Of a stretch of 64,000 nucleotides of DNA, positions 34,459 to 45,944 are shown piece by piece. The stretch is from Perkinsus olseni (taxonomy: Eukaryota). The stretch is from NCBI GenBank assembly GCA_013115125.1, contig JABANN010000064.1, positions 1 to 64,000 of the forward strand, given 5' to 3'. Within the stretch, counting starts at the first letter, position 1. Every line of letters begins with the position of its first letter. A program made the translations under genes and the position numbers. Below the pieces are notes generated by a model. That model was not told where the DNA came from. It saw nothing but the letters and a program-made list of their open reading frames with translations, and searched no databases.

Positions 34459-36905
34459 TTAATCCAGATCCCCGAGATCGATGTCCTGAGGCATTCCACA
34501 CTCATACGGCCGCCGAAGCCGGAGGCACTACTTCTTCACTCTGTTGCACCTCCCCTTCTGTTCGTGCACGCTTTGGCTCGGGCGGTGTCTCCGACGAAGT
34601 GGGAGCCGCGTCGTCGAAGAACACAACACCGCTTTCTGTGCAGATCTCCGACGTCTCCAAGCCACTGAAGGGTGAGATGTTGATCAACACTCAGGTTGGG
34701 TATTGCCCTACTGTGCATTGAGCCTGCCGTCCGCCCCTAGTGCTCCACCGGTTATCTCAAAACCACCAAGACCAGCCGCGGGGCCAGCGGCTTCCGCTGC
34801 TCCCAAAACCTGACAATGAAGATGACGAGATGACACCCACCGCGACGCGGACCAGGCCTACATCCTCCGTTCCAAGGAGGCCCATGAGCCACTGTCGCTG
34901 CCGATGAGCAGCGACACTGCCCGGCTTGTCCACCTCGCTCGAGACGAAGTTGTCGGGAATCTCGTACTCGGCGCCGGCCTTCATCACATCATCGTTGGCC
35001 TCCAGAGAATCCCGGACCTGCTAGACACCGCAGTAGAGCTGGCTGACCTCAACATGTTACCTTTTCAATGTCCTCCTCTGTTGGGCGCTTGATAGTCCCC
35101 GTCCAGCGGTCTCTAGTGAGAGGGACAGACTCGTTGTTCACGGCCAGCAGGGCAAGCCACTAATGGGGAAGCGAAGCATAAATCAAGAGGAGCACTCCTA
35201 CGCCTACCTCGAGATCGAATTGCAGGGGGACCCGTTTGCGTTGAGCAGTGGCCTGGCGAAAAGCAAGGAGTCATGTCTTCTGGGAGAAAGTGTTGTCAAC
35301 CTCCCTTACCTCTCTCGCCTCGTCGGTCATTCCCTTTCCTTGCAAGCTGTGGGTCCACAACTGCCCCGTCTGAAACGGGATCGCAATCTCCAGGCCGTCC
35401 GGTGAACCTCCGACGGGCGAGTGGAGACCCCACCATCAATTACCTTCACATCTATCGTAATGACCTGCATGTAACCCAACGACCCCTGCCGTCGCGGTAC
35501 ACACTTATCAAGCGCAATGAAGCGTGTAAGCGAGGCTGGCCGATCCTGAGTGGCCTCGTGAGGCACCAGCGCAGTGTACTTGGCGTGCATATGACCACTG
35601 AGTAAGGAGACAATAGGGCAAGGCGAATCGAACCAGACGACCCAACCTGAACCAATAGTCTGGCCTCAGCTTCCCCATGAGGTCCATGGAGTGGGCATTG
35701 CCCATTTCACCCCTACTGATCTCCTGTCTCATGGTACCTGAGTAGCCCTGCCGCCGCCGGCTACGGTCCCTCTCCCCCCTACCCGTTCTGTCCTTAACTC
35801 GTAATAAGGTGTCAGTATCGCCGTAGTCAGTGATACCAGTGGGCCAGTCGTGGCTCACAACTATTCGTACAGGGTCGACCTCCATTGCGCTCGTGTTGTC
35901 TGCCTAGACTCGCGACTGGCGATAGCATACCGATCGACGGGCACCTCCTCACCAGTGCAGCAAGCTTCTCCATCTCATACTTCCTTGCATGGTAGGCCGA
36001 GCGTTTGGTGTCCTCCGTGTAAGGCGCCACCTCGTAGTGGCCTAGGTCGTAATGGTACCCCTTATAGATACCACTGAAGCCACCTATTCGGACTCCTTTA
36101 CAGCGAACAACCTGAAGAGGCCGAAAATGTGAGGACATTAGACAGTGGAACGCAGCCAAGCCGTTCGGCCCGAACGGGACTGTGAATTCCGTGGCGCAGT
36201 GAAGGTACGCGGCTCATCATCGGCATCGGACCGGGAAGCCACGATTCCCAGGGATCGAGAAGCACCATCCGAAATGCTAGCCCATAGTGAGGTAGAGGAG
36301 CTCACCCCAGAATGCCCCAGGTAGTAGATCCCCTTGGCCGCCCAACCTCCATAGTATCTGCCGGAAATAAGGCTCGATACATCTTGAGAAGCGACCACAG
36401 ATTACAGCTCCCTGAGATGAGACGGGGCCTCGTGGTTGCCGCCAACGAATACCGTAGTAACGGGAGCTGACTTCTCGCCCTTCCAGTAACGGTGAAAGTC
36501 CTGCAACCCACAACGTGTCAATTTCGCGATCGCTCCTCTCTGTCGCATTGTACTTTCATATGGCGATGCTTCGCTGGAGCTGCCAGTTCATTGAGCTCGG
36601 CCTCAGTACCTGAGCCAGGCTCTGTAGGCCCCGAGGGAGCGATCACCGTACGAATGGCTTGGAAGTCTCCGCAGCAGATGAGCAGGTCCACAGGCGGTGT
36701 ATTCTTCGTTCGTTCAAGATGCTCGATAGCCTGGCAAACCAATATCAGCCTAATGAGAAAGATACCACGCCCGACGCACTTCGTAGATTCTATCCAAGTC
36801 GCCGTGAGCGCATCCCTCTACTGCAATGGTAAGGTGACGAGCTGGGTCATACTGAGGTGGAGGTGATTGTGCTGAGGAGGAAGGAGAAGGCGGCTGGTGA
36901 CTCAT
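34459..36905 (-). CDS. DBR1: RNA lariat debranching enzyme
   Basis: [88 protein letters not shown]. Confidence 0.93.
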
Positions 36906-37029
36906 CTATCGATTGGCCATAAACCAAAAAAGCTGAGGTTCCCAACCAAGGGAGGCTTCGACCGCCAATTGAGCGGAACTAAACCAGACACGAGGATGCC
37001 GTTGAGTAATAGTTTACAGGGCAAGAATG

Positions 37030-38582
37030 TCATGGATAACTCACAAGAATCCTGAGGTGCCGTCTTCATCAAGGCTTGACTTGCTTACTGATGCCGAGAC
37101 CACCACCATCACAATTCTGCGGGCCGGGACGAAACTTTTTACCTGCGTTTTCTCGGCCCGACTTCGATGATGCTCTGGTCACCACGGTCGAGAGCTTTCC
37201 CGTCTGGCTGTTGTCCCTGGACGGAATGAGGCTCCAGTCAGGTCCTCTTTTGCTAGGGGGGCCGCCAGTGGACTGACGAGAAGTAGATCATAAGCATAGG
37301 ACTGAGGAAAGTCTCACTCGAATGGTCGGCGGCAGAGCTCTGCGGTTCTCGATGAGGCCTGAGGATCGAGTACGATGATAAGATGCACCATCAGGATGGG
37401 GCAGCAGGTACCTCCCGGCCGGCGCGGCGCTCCACCAAGCCGTCCGGGAGCAACTTCATCTAAGAGGAGAGCCTGTCACTGTTGGAGCCATCGTTAGTGA
37501 TTGCATACCGAGATCGCTGTCCCTTCCCTTGATGGACTCCCATCCCGCTACCGCGCGCCTCGAAATGCCCAGGGAGTCGTCGGCGACCTACGACAGAACG
37601 CCGCCTATCGCCTCTACTGATTCGTTGATGGGAGTACCATAACAGCGGACCTCAGGCTTCCCATACCCTCCGATATCCTCAACCATTGATCTACAGCCCT
37701 CACGTGGGAGGAGGCTACCTCTATGGTCTGGCTCAAGCTAAGAATGGCGGTCATACTGCCACTGCTACTAGCACGACGCCTACCCCTCCGTACGACTTGG
37801 CAGTGCTTCAATCCATGGCGGTAGCTCCTTATCACAGCCAAGGCGATGACCTTCACAAAAGCACTGCCGCATAGGGTTTCAGCAGAGCCCATCAATTACA
37901 CAGGTCCTTTGCGAAATGAATACAGTTCCTCCTGAGTATGTGATAGGTTCCACCGAGCCACACCTTTCGCAGGGCCATCAGCAGCCTCCACACTGAGTCT
38001 GAGGGGGAGCCGCAACAGCAGCTCGAGCACAACGGCGGGCCGAGGCCTAGCTACCACGGCTAAGGTCGGTGTCGCCCATTGCTACTGACTCCCTGTAGAC
38101 GTGAACTTCATGGGACTTCGGCCGGATCATGCACAGTCTGATGGAGCCAGCGATGCGACCCTCACTGGTACTTTGTGACGGTACCCCGTGGCCTTGGGGT
38201 CGGCGGTCTGACCAAAACTCCACTCCTCACCGTAGACCTCCACCCCAACATGAAAGGCACCCCAGGAGAAGGCACGAGTAACAGCATTAAGGTGACTGAC
38301 CACCTGCAAGGAACTGTAGACCAGGCACCGGCCGAGTCCCTGGCGGCTGTCTACCTTATCCAGGTCATACACATGAAGCACCACCTGACGATCGTCTACA
38401 GCCGGCCGAGGCCGAACGGAAGTGGAGCGCCTCGTTGGGTAGGCCGGCAAAGTCCTCACTGAGAGAGTTTACGACCCTGGCCTCTATAGCACTTATGGAG
38501 GTGGGTCCCTACAGTCATGCTTGTTGCTGCTATTCCCCTCGTCAGAGGTACTCCCTGCCACCGTGGAGATGCTACTACCCAT
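37030..38582 (-). CDS. PPPDE/DeSI family peptidase (3' end approximate); possible N-myristoylation (MGSSIS)
   Basis: VVLHVYDL, GAFHVGVEVYGEEWSFG (catalytic His), YHILRRNCIHFAKDL (catalytic Cys). Confidence 0.85.
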
Positions 38583-38708
38583 ACATAGAGGACAGTCGCT
38601 ACGACCTCCTGATCTCACCGATCAAGGCTTCTCGAATTGCAGTCAACCAAACCACACGGGAAGGGAGAGAAACCATAAGGCACAGAACGCTAATGATCAG
38701 TGGCAGTG

Positions 38709-41700
38709 CTACTGCTGTTGCTCTCGGCTATCACCCGATTGAAGCTGTTGAACAAAACCTTCGCTAGGGACTCTCTGAGGGATAGGGATACATGGCAAAC
38801 ATCTGTGAAAAGATGGCAGGATACCTGTTCCCTGCGGAGGCCTCGTCGAGCTCAGAGTTGTGGTCGAAGAGGCACAGGTAGCTCGGAGAAGAAACGTATA
38901 AACCTGGACAAGTCTTGCGCATGGCGGTGAGGACCTACAATGAGACCAAAGTAGCTGGGAGGCAGCATAAGGTCTACTACGAAGGGCTTGCGGGTGGTCT
39001 CCGCCGTGGTACAGAAGTGCTCTACTGAGCGTCGCGAAGGCCTCTTGCCTTGGAAGAACTGCTGTCGATACACCGGGTCTGAGGCAACGATCGTCGAGAA
39101 GACAGACTAGTGATCCCAACCCTACTCTTATCGTGGAGGCGTATCATAACATTGAGCAGTATGGTGACTGTGAGGGACTCATCCCTGAGCTGGTCCACTC
39201 GTATGGGCTGGATGGGGCATTTATGGACCGCCCCTTCCGCGTCATCATCGGTCGAATCGGAAGGTGCAGAGGATGTCGACTCCTCCGCAGAGGACTCCTC
39301 GGACGATAGCAAAACTGAAAAACCCAGAAAGTAATCACAGCGGAGCGGTGCAAGTTTCAGTGGAGTATATTCGCGGCGACTCCGAGCCACAGCTAGGTCA
39401 GGGCTCACCCTGCTTCTTGTAAGCCGCCACGGCAGGGCCCCAGGCCTCCGCTATCCTCGAGACTACACTCAGGAGCCTCTCTTTGGTCTCGGCTATTTCC
39501 CTCATCAACGCTGGGGTTTTCTCGGCAAAAAGGTTACTGGTGTCAAGCGCCTGCCGGGCTCGGGCGATACGATTAGAATGCTGCCCTGAACGCATATTAC
39601 CAGGACGTTAAATCCCTTAACGACGCGATTCTGTTTCTTGAACCTAGCCTCCCCGCCCGGTATGATTCCTGATAAGAAGCCAGTAGCGGGGATGGTCACA
39701 GTAAACAACCTACTGTGTGGAACGAGCTCCATGGAAGCCTGGGACACTTGGCGGTCGAGGGCATCGGAAAGATCTCCTGCCAAGGTCAAGTCCTTCAAGA
39801 ACCGTCTCCTAGCATCTCCATCCGTCGGGAAACCCAAGTCCAGTACCTACTCGGAGAGCATAGTCACGCGCCACGAAATTCCGCCCTTATAGTACCCCTC
39901 GGATCCAGCCCCTTCGACTCCACTTGGGGGTCGAGTCTACCATGTACGGGATGTTGTGGCGTGACGCACAAGCGATGAGCTCCTCCTTCCGGGTGCTCAA
40001 CAGCAACGGTCGTACTTGGCAAACCTAGCACGCTGCTCATAACCGCAGTGCTGCTCCGAGGAGCCTCACATTTCCGATCTCATCGTCGTCATTGCCCTCG
40101 GCATTAACAACCATACCGTTAATGTTGAGCAGGTTGCCCTTGCCCAGCTCAGCGAGGCGATTCTCGTCTACCTGAGAACAGGCAGCCTCAGAGCGAAGGA
40201 AAGACCAAGGCGGAAGCACATCGTCCATGTGGTGTCCTACGACGACCACTGGCTGAGTTCGCTCCTCCTCAGGAAGGCCTGCCGCGGCCCAGGCCAACTT
40301 ATGGGCTTTGGCGTACATGCTGAACCGAATGTCTCGCGTCTGTTTCTCGTAACTGTGATAGAGAGAATAATCCCAAACTCGGAAGACTGGCAGCTCTTAC
40401 TCCATCCGACTGATGCCAGTCTTCAGGGAGCCATGCGGTCGACGCAACTTGACATGATGGTGATAGAGAGGAATCTGTAACCATCAAGGCCGCGCTTACA
40501 GCACTGGACGCGGTGGAACAGGGCAGTACTTACCCCGAGGCGTCCTGTGACGTAGGTAACCCATTGGAGCTCCTGCTTGGCGTCATCACGATTCGAATGG
40601 CGGATATGGCACGCAACAAGCTTGAAGCCGAGGGACCGCTGGAGCTTGGACAGCAAGTGGAGGTGAGTCTGAGGATGATGATGACGATAATGCCCGGTGG
40701 GCGGCCAAGTCCTCGCCAAGAGCATCAACTTTGACTGAACAATAGCGACCGCGTTCCCCGGTATTACCATAGAATCCACGCCACCGCTGAGGGACAGCAC
40801 GAGGACCTTCGGTACAGTGTTGTTGGGATAGTTCTGTAACTGAACTGGGGTACAATGAAGCCTTGAGAGGGACTGAGCATCTCCTACGAAGAAGTCCTTT
40901 AAGCGACTCATGAGTACTGCATCAGCCTGAGAATGGAGGCCCTGCACCAAGAAGTCAGGGTCGTTACGACAGAGCTCGTCCAGGACGTGGCGCTCCTTTG
41001 GAGGCTCAGTGAGCTTCATCTCAGCGAGGTCCTGAAGCACGACTGTTGAGGTTTTAGAAGATTACAACTAAGCGATCAATTCGCCTGAAGCCCGGATCGA
41101 ATCAATGCCTAGTACGAGTGTGAGATGGTTATCCGAAATTCAGGGCCCACGGGTGGGAGTGCATACTCAAAACAGAGACACCACACAAACAAGCACATCC
41201 GGGAACGCCAACACGAATGGTGACGACCCTGTTGTTGCCGTACTACCGGATTGCACTTGCCGCTCAATGCGTAGTCAATGTAACGGTTGCACAACACGGC
41301 CTTTGTACACTCTGTAAACTTCCCTACGGCCTCGTTATCCCCAGGCAGAGGCTCCAGCAGCTTCAAACTCCTCTCCGCTAGCCTGCAACAACATTCCCTC
41401 CCTCACAGTCCACCGCGAATTCACCTCACCCATTGTGACGGAAGATGAGGGTGAGGAACAAGGCCCTATAAAGCCCGTGGACGGCCATGATGGGGCCGTT
41501 GTCAGGCTGGTCGAGGGCGATGCTCTGTGCTAGCCGAAGGGTTGTACGATCCACCAGGGTTTTAAGGAAGGCCTGAGGGACTTAGCCGTGGTCAGCGGAC
41601 GTAGAACAGAGGCTTGCCTGCTCGGGCGGTAGAGTTATGTTACGGATGGTCTGGTCGCACATGATAGCCAGACGCAAGCGGAACCATACGGGAAGGGCCC

Positions 41701-41986
41701 ACACCCTCAGGGGGTTCAAGAGCATGGTGTAAACAAGAGGCAGGATGGCTGGGAAGTACCTACTCGAGAGACATCTTCTCAAGCACGAATCGCGGACCGA
41801 CGACCCCGAAGGGCGGGGGTATCACCGTTGTCCTTCCTTCTTGGGAGCATCAAACTTCGGTAGATGCGAGTGCATGGCGAACCAGAATGCCTGAGGCCCA
41901 TCCGACCCCGGTGGGAACCAGAACTTGTCAAAGTCCCAGACCAGCGCCGCGGCCTCCGCTACCGAGGGCCCCTGCGAAGACCTCAT
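38709..41986 (-). CDS. tilS: PP-loop ATPase, tRNA(Ile)-lysidine synthase (TilS/MesJ)-like, with an N-terminal DUF924-like helical region
   Basis: VLSLSGGVDSM, ACHIRHSNR, YEKQTRDIRFSMY, VGHHMDDVDENRL, VRPLL, PYMVDSTPKWSRRG; N-terminal KFWF...FWF and LAIMCDQTIRNI. Confidence 0.75.
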
Positions 41987-42129
41987 TGAAGTAGGAAAAA
42001 GCCTGAGAACTTCGATCAGCCGTGAGCTCGCTAAGCCCAACTCAACAGCGGTTCCCTGCTCACGGTCGATAACTACAAAAGTTCCAAAAGTGCTGCGGGT
42101 GTGCCAATTAAGGTCGACAGTCAGAATTG

Positions 42130-43454
42130 TCTAATACAGTACAAAGATAAAGGTAGCATGCTAAGAGTGACATGAGTGAAAAGGGCGCTTCGATAGGCCG
42201 ATATCATCGACTGCTTTGGTCAAGCTTGACGGACCTGACGAAGCCTCAGCCGTGAGCTCGACATCGAGGGGGACCCACCTGAGGGTTGCCCGAGAGCCAT
42301 CCCCCAATGGCGCTCATTCCGCGAGCAAGGCCTGCTCCGACCTGCAGACGATAGGATCTCAGGCTGTGGTCCCCAATAAGTTAACCCACCCTGTCAGTGA
42401 CTTGGTAGTGCTGGTTGAACTCAGTCAATCGCCTGCCCGCTGCCACAGCGCCAGCCTGTATGTTCTCCGTTACGCGATAGCTATCATTGATCTCTCGGGC
42501 TCTCTAATCCAAAACAGCTTCAACCTATTATACTACCCTCGGTAGTACTACCACTGCCGCCCCCGACACCATGCTCTGGGCCCTCTGGCCAAGCCCATAT
42601 CTTTGACAGAACTCCGTACCCTAATACACATAATAAACCACTGCCTTGCGTCACAGGGGCTGACCTGATGGACGGTGGCCGCTGTGCGGGAGCCAGCCCC
42701 TCGAGCTGCATATCCCACAGCATCGTTTCGCGTTGTACAGTAGGCAGCCCCAGCTGCTCCTGCTACCAGTCCAAACGGGCCTGAACGTAGTCATCCCGCC
42801 AGTCCGATAGACCCCAGAGCTGAGCAGGACCCAATAACAGCATCCCCCCTAATCCTCCCAATGCAGCTGCTGCCCCAACTTCAGTGCTACTCGGTCCCTC
42901 GTCCGATTGACCTCGGCCAGGGGCGACCATGGCAGAGGACGTCATAGTGAGTGATACCTACAGAAAGCGATCTAGCTGTACGGCCATGACAGAACCCACA
43001 GGCTTGATGTGATGCTCCAGAGGCAAGGACGGCTCCGACCTTCCTTCGTCCATCATAGAACGCAAATACGTCACTCGGGAGTCAACCTCCGTCTGCCAGG
43101 GTGCAGACGTCCACCACTCAGCTGGATTCAGGAACTCACCCGATGCTGACATATTGCCCTGACGTCCGGGTGTGCGCTAGGCAACAGAGAAACAGCTTCG
43201 GCAAGCCGATTGCTCGCCTGGACGTAGCCTGCAGACATGACTATCTGCGACCTCATGCTTCCGCTGTTACTACATGTTATCGCATTCTGCATCCTGTTCG
43301 CCTTGTCATGTACCATTGCCTGCTGTTCCACTATTGCACCTTCAGTCGCTACTGAAGAGGCCTCCTCCACTCTGGTAGCATAGTCCTCCACAGCTGACGT
43401 GCCGCCGCCTGGGACGGCTGAGGGGTCGCCGTAGTTGCCGCTGGTAAGACTCAT
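42130..43454 (-). CDS. Hypothetical protein (multi-exon)
   Basis: Series of co-oriented ORF segments (MSLTSGNYGDPS..., AEWWTSAPWQ..., LWGLSDWRDDY...) separated by GT-AG gaps. Confidence 0.4.
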
Positions 43455-43689
43455 TTGGTGAAAACACTGCCGAGATTCATCACCAACCCAACCCCCTCCC
43501 AACGATGATCTTATGACGGTTGGGAAGATATAACGCTGTGGAGAAATGACTGGTTGAAGGGACTGTGTAGCATCCAATGGACACCGAGCTACCCCTTATA
43601 AAACGTACAAGAGAAACGATACTCGACTTACGAGCTATGATGATGTACACAGGAAGACTATGAGTAACAACGTTGGTTATCATGCAGCT

Positions 43690-44382
43690 TGGGCTACTGG
43701 TACAGTCCGTACTCGGTAGGCTGCTTGGACACCTAGGCTCCTGGACTCGACTCGGGTTCTGAGTGGGCCACCACTCCGGGGCGTCCTGCCCGCTACCGGA
43801 CTGCAGCCACTGAAGCTGTATGGTCGGCCTTTGGGGGTCACGCTGATCATCACCGGGGAGCCATGACGGGGAGTATACCTCCTATAAGAAGGGCTTGGCG
43901 CGGCTTGGTAGTTATGGAGCGAGGCTGTGGTAGAGGGGGTGGTAGAACGAGGGGAGGGATCCTTGAGACCCAGCAGTTGCGATGTGCTGACGCGTGGGCC
44001 TACAGTAGCGACCTTACAGCAGCCTTGGGGAAGCAGTAAACGACTTACTGCCGGCTTGAAGGGTACTGATGCTGCTGCTAACCCTTCTCCGCCTGGACTG
44101 GGCCGTTGATCGCGATGCTATGCCCCCACCTAATGCGATACGACTAGGTTAACCCAGACTTCCCTCTATTGAATGCCCTCCTACTAAGCCCTGACTACCG
44201 TTATATCGTCCGTTTGCCGAGTAGTTTCTGGAGTAGACTCTGGGCGAAGGTGGTGGCTTCCCAGTGGCGATAGGGCGGAGCCTCCTTGCTACTGGCGTAT
44301 CATAGGCCGAATCGAAGAACTCGTCGACCTCAGGATACTTGCTACCTCCAGGTTGGGGCAATGTGCTTTTACCACACCCCAT
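43690..44382 (-). CDS. Small protein with a predicted dual-acylation N-terminus (MGCGKS); 3' end approximate
   Basis: MGCGKSTLPQ...VDEFFDSAYDTPVARRLRP, followed by Ser/Arg-rich exons. Confidence 0.5.
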
Positions 44383-44729
44383 GGACACAGAAGACCCGCG
44401 GTAGCGAGAGAGAAGGGCACTCAAGCAACTGAAAACACAGCGCAATCCACATTTATAGACTACGCAACAGAGGGATGGGCGGGAATGATCATAACAAGGG
44501 AAACCTGGCCAACGGGAGCTGCGTGACGGTAGAAATATAGAGGAAGGGTACGATGTCCCCACCGGTTGGAGACGGTTGAGAAATCTTAGCACACAGTCAA
44601 CAGAAAGAAATGAAGCACCGTCAACTCTCGCCAACCGATTGGGAGCAATCATCCGAAAGTGCACAGACTGATAGATGAGTGAATATGGTAAAGGTTCAAA
44701 ATTGCCAAAGGAGGTTTATAATGGTCTAT

Positions 44730-45304
44730 TCAGGCCGATGGACGCCCTCGGTAAGCACGCCCCGTTAGGCTACGACTGCGGACCTCTGATCTTAAATGAC
44801 GATCATAAAACTGTCCGCTGCTTCTGTGATGGGGCCGATGGCGGTGGTGGATACTGGAATCGCTCCTACTGTGTTGAGAATGACGATGGTCAAGATAGGA
44901 TGCATCATCGGGTGTAGCGAGGGGAGAATCTTCGAGGATGGTACAAAGCCGTGACTTGCCCCCTGGACCTAACGAAGGCATACCTTCAAAATCGTCATTG
45001 CGCCGTGCGAGTGGCTCACTGGAAGGCCAGCTCCTTGGGTACTCGACTACGGTATAAGGGTGCGCAGTGGGGGGACTGGGACCTGTCCGAAGACCTCATC
45101 ACGCACATTCCCACCCTTCCCAGTACTACTCGAACCGCCTGGGTCGGTCTCTTGCGATGAGAGCCGATGCCCTCCTCTTCGGTACCCCTCTCTCTCATAT
45201 ACTCCGAGAGGCTTTGCCCGTCGACGCCGCTTCGCAGTCGGTGATGCATATACGGACTCATAGGCTTCTACGTCCACTGGTAGAGTACTTGACGTGCATC
45301 CCAT
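44730..45304 (-). CDS. Small protein with a predicted dual-acylation N-terminus (MGCTSS)
   Basis: MGCTSSTLPVDVEAYESVYASPTAKRRRRA; probable further exons to a stop at 44730. Confidence 0.5.
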
Positions 45305-45944
45305 GGCAGAAGCTTACACAAAACAAGATCTAACATTCGGCGCCTTGACGATTTGTGGAGCCGACGCCGTGCTTCGCTCCGCTTAAGATTCGAAAAATGT
45401 TTGTATTTTTTCGCTTTGCTCATTGCAGGTGGGAGCTATAACCCCCCATCGAGCTAGTCGTGTATATGACGGCTAGGATCACCACTCTGACCCGCTTGGG
45501 GTGGAGCCGGGGTCCCCTCCGTCTTAGTAGTATCCTATTTGGCAAGGTCATTGGACGGGAGCGCCACAAAGCTGGGCTATAGCGCAAACTTTAGGGGAGA
45601 TCCGGCGGGAAGATGAGGGCGTTAGGATGGTTATTGGGACGTACTAGGGCGCTTGGAGGTAGGGTCGTGGCATCTTGAGAAAGAATCCTTAGGCGCTAAA
45701 TCGTGTTGTGGTTGACCTCTTTGAACTAGCGGTAGACAGAGTGCACGCGGGACTACAGTAGTCGATAATGGAGTTGGGAAATGAGAGGGTCGGCCAGGCG
45801 TACCTGGGTTCTATTCGGTAACAGGACCTACTGAGGGAGCTATCGTGGAAAGCCCGGGCCGGTGTTCTGACTGGCCGGCCTGCTGCTTCTGTGGTGTGAT
45901 GATGCCCTACTGCAGTCATATGTTTCTTGGTTTTACCAGCCCAT

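Noticed and set aside
37727-37737. TCTGGCTCAAG, resembling the 3' end of the perkinsid/dinoflagellate spliced leader
   Set aside because: Only 11 nt, antisense within the PPPDE gene and not upstream of any start; compatible with chance.
44675-44917. 80-aa plus-strand ORF with Cys/Gly content
   Set aside because: Antisense to the probable last exon of the MGCTSS gene inside a minus-strand block; no recognisable domain.
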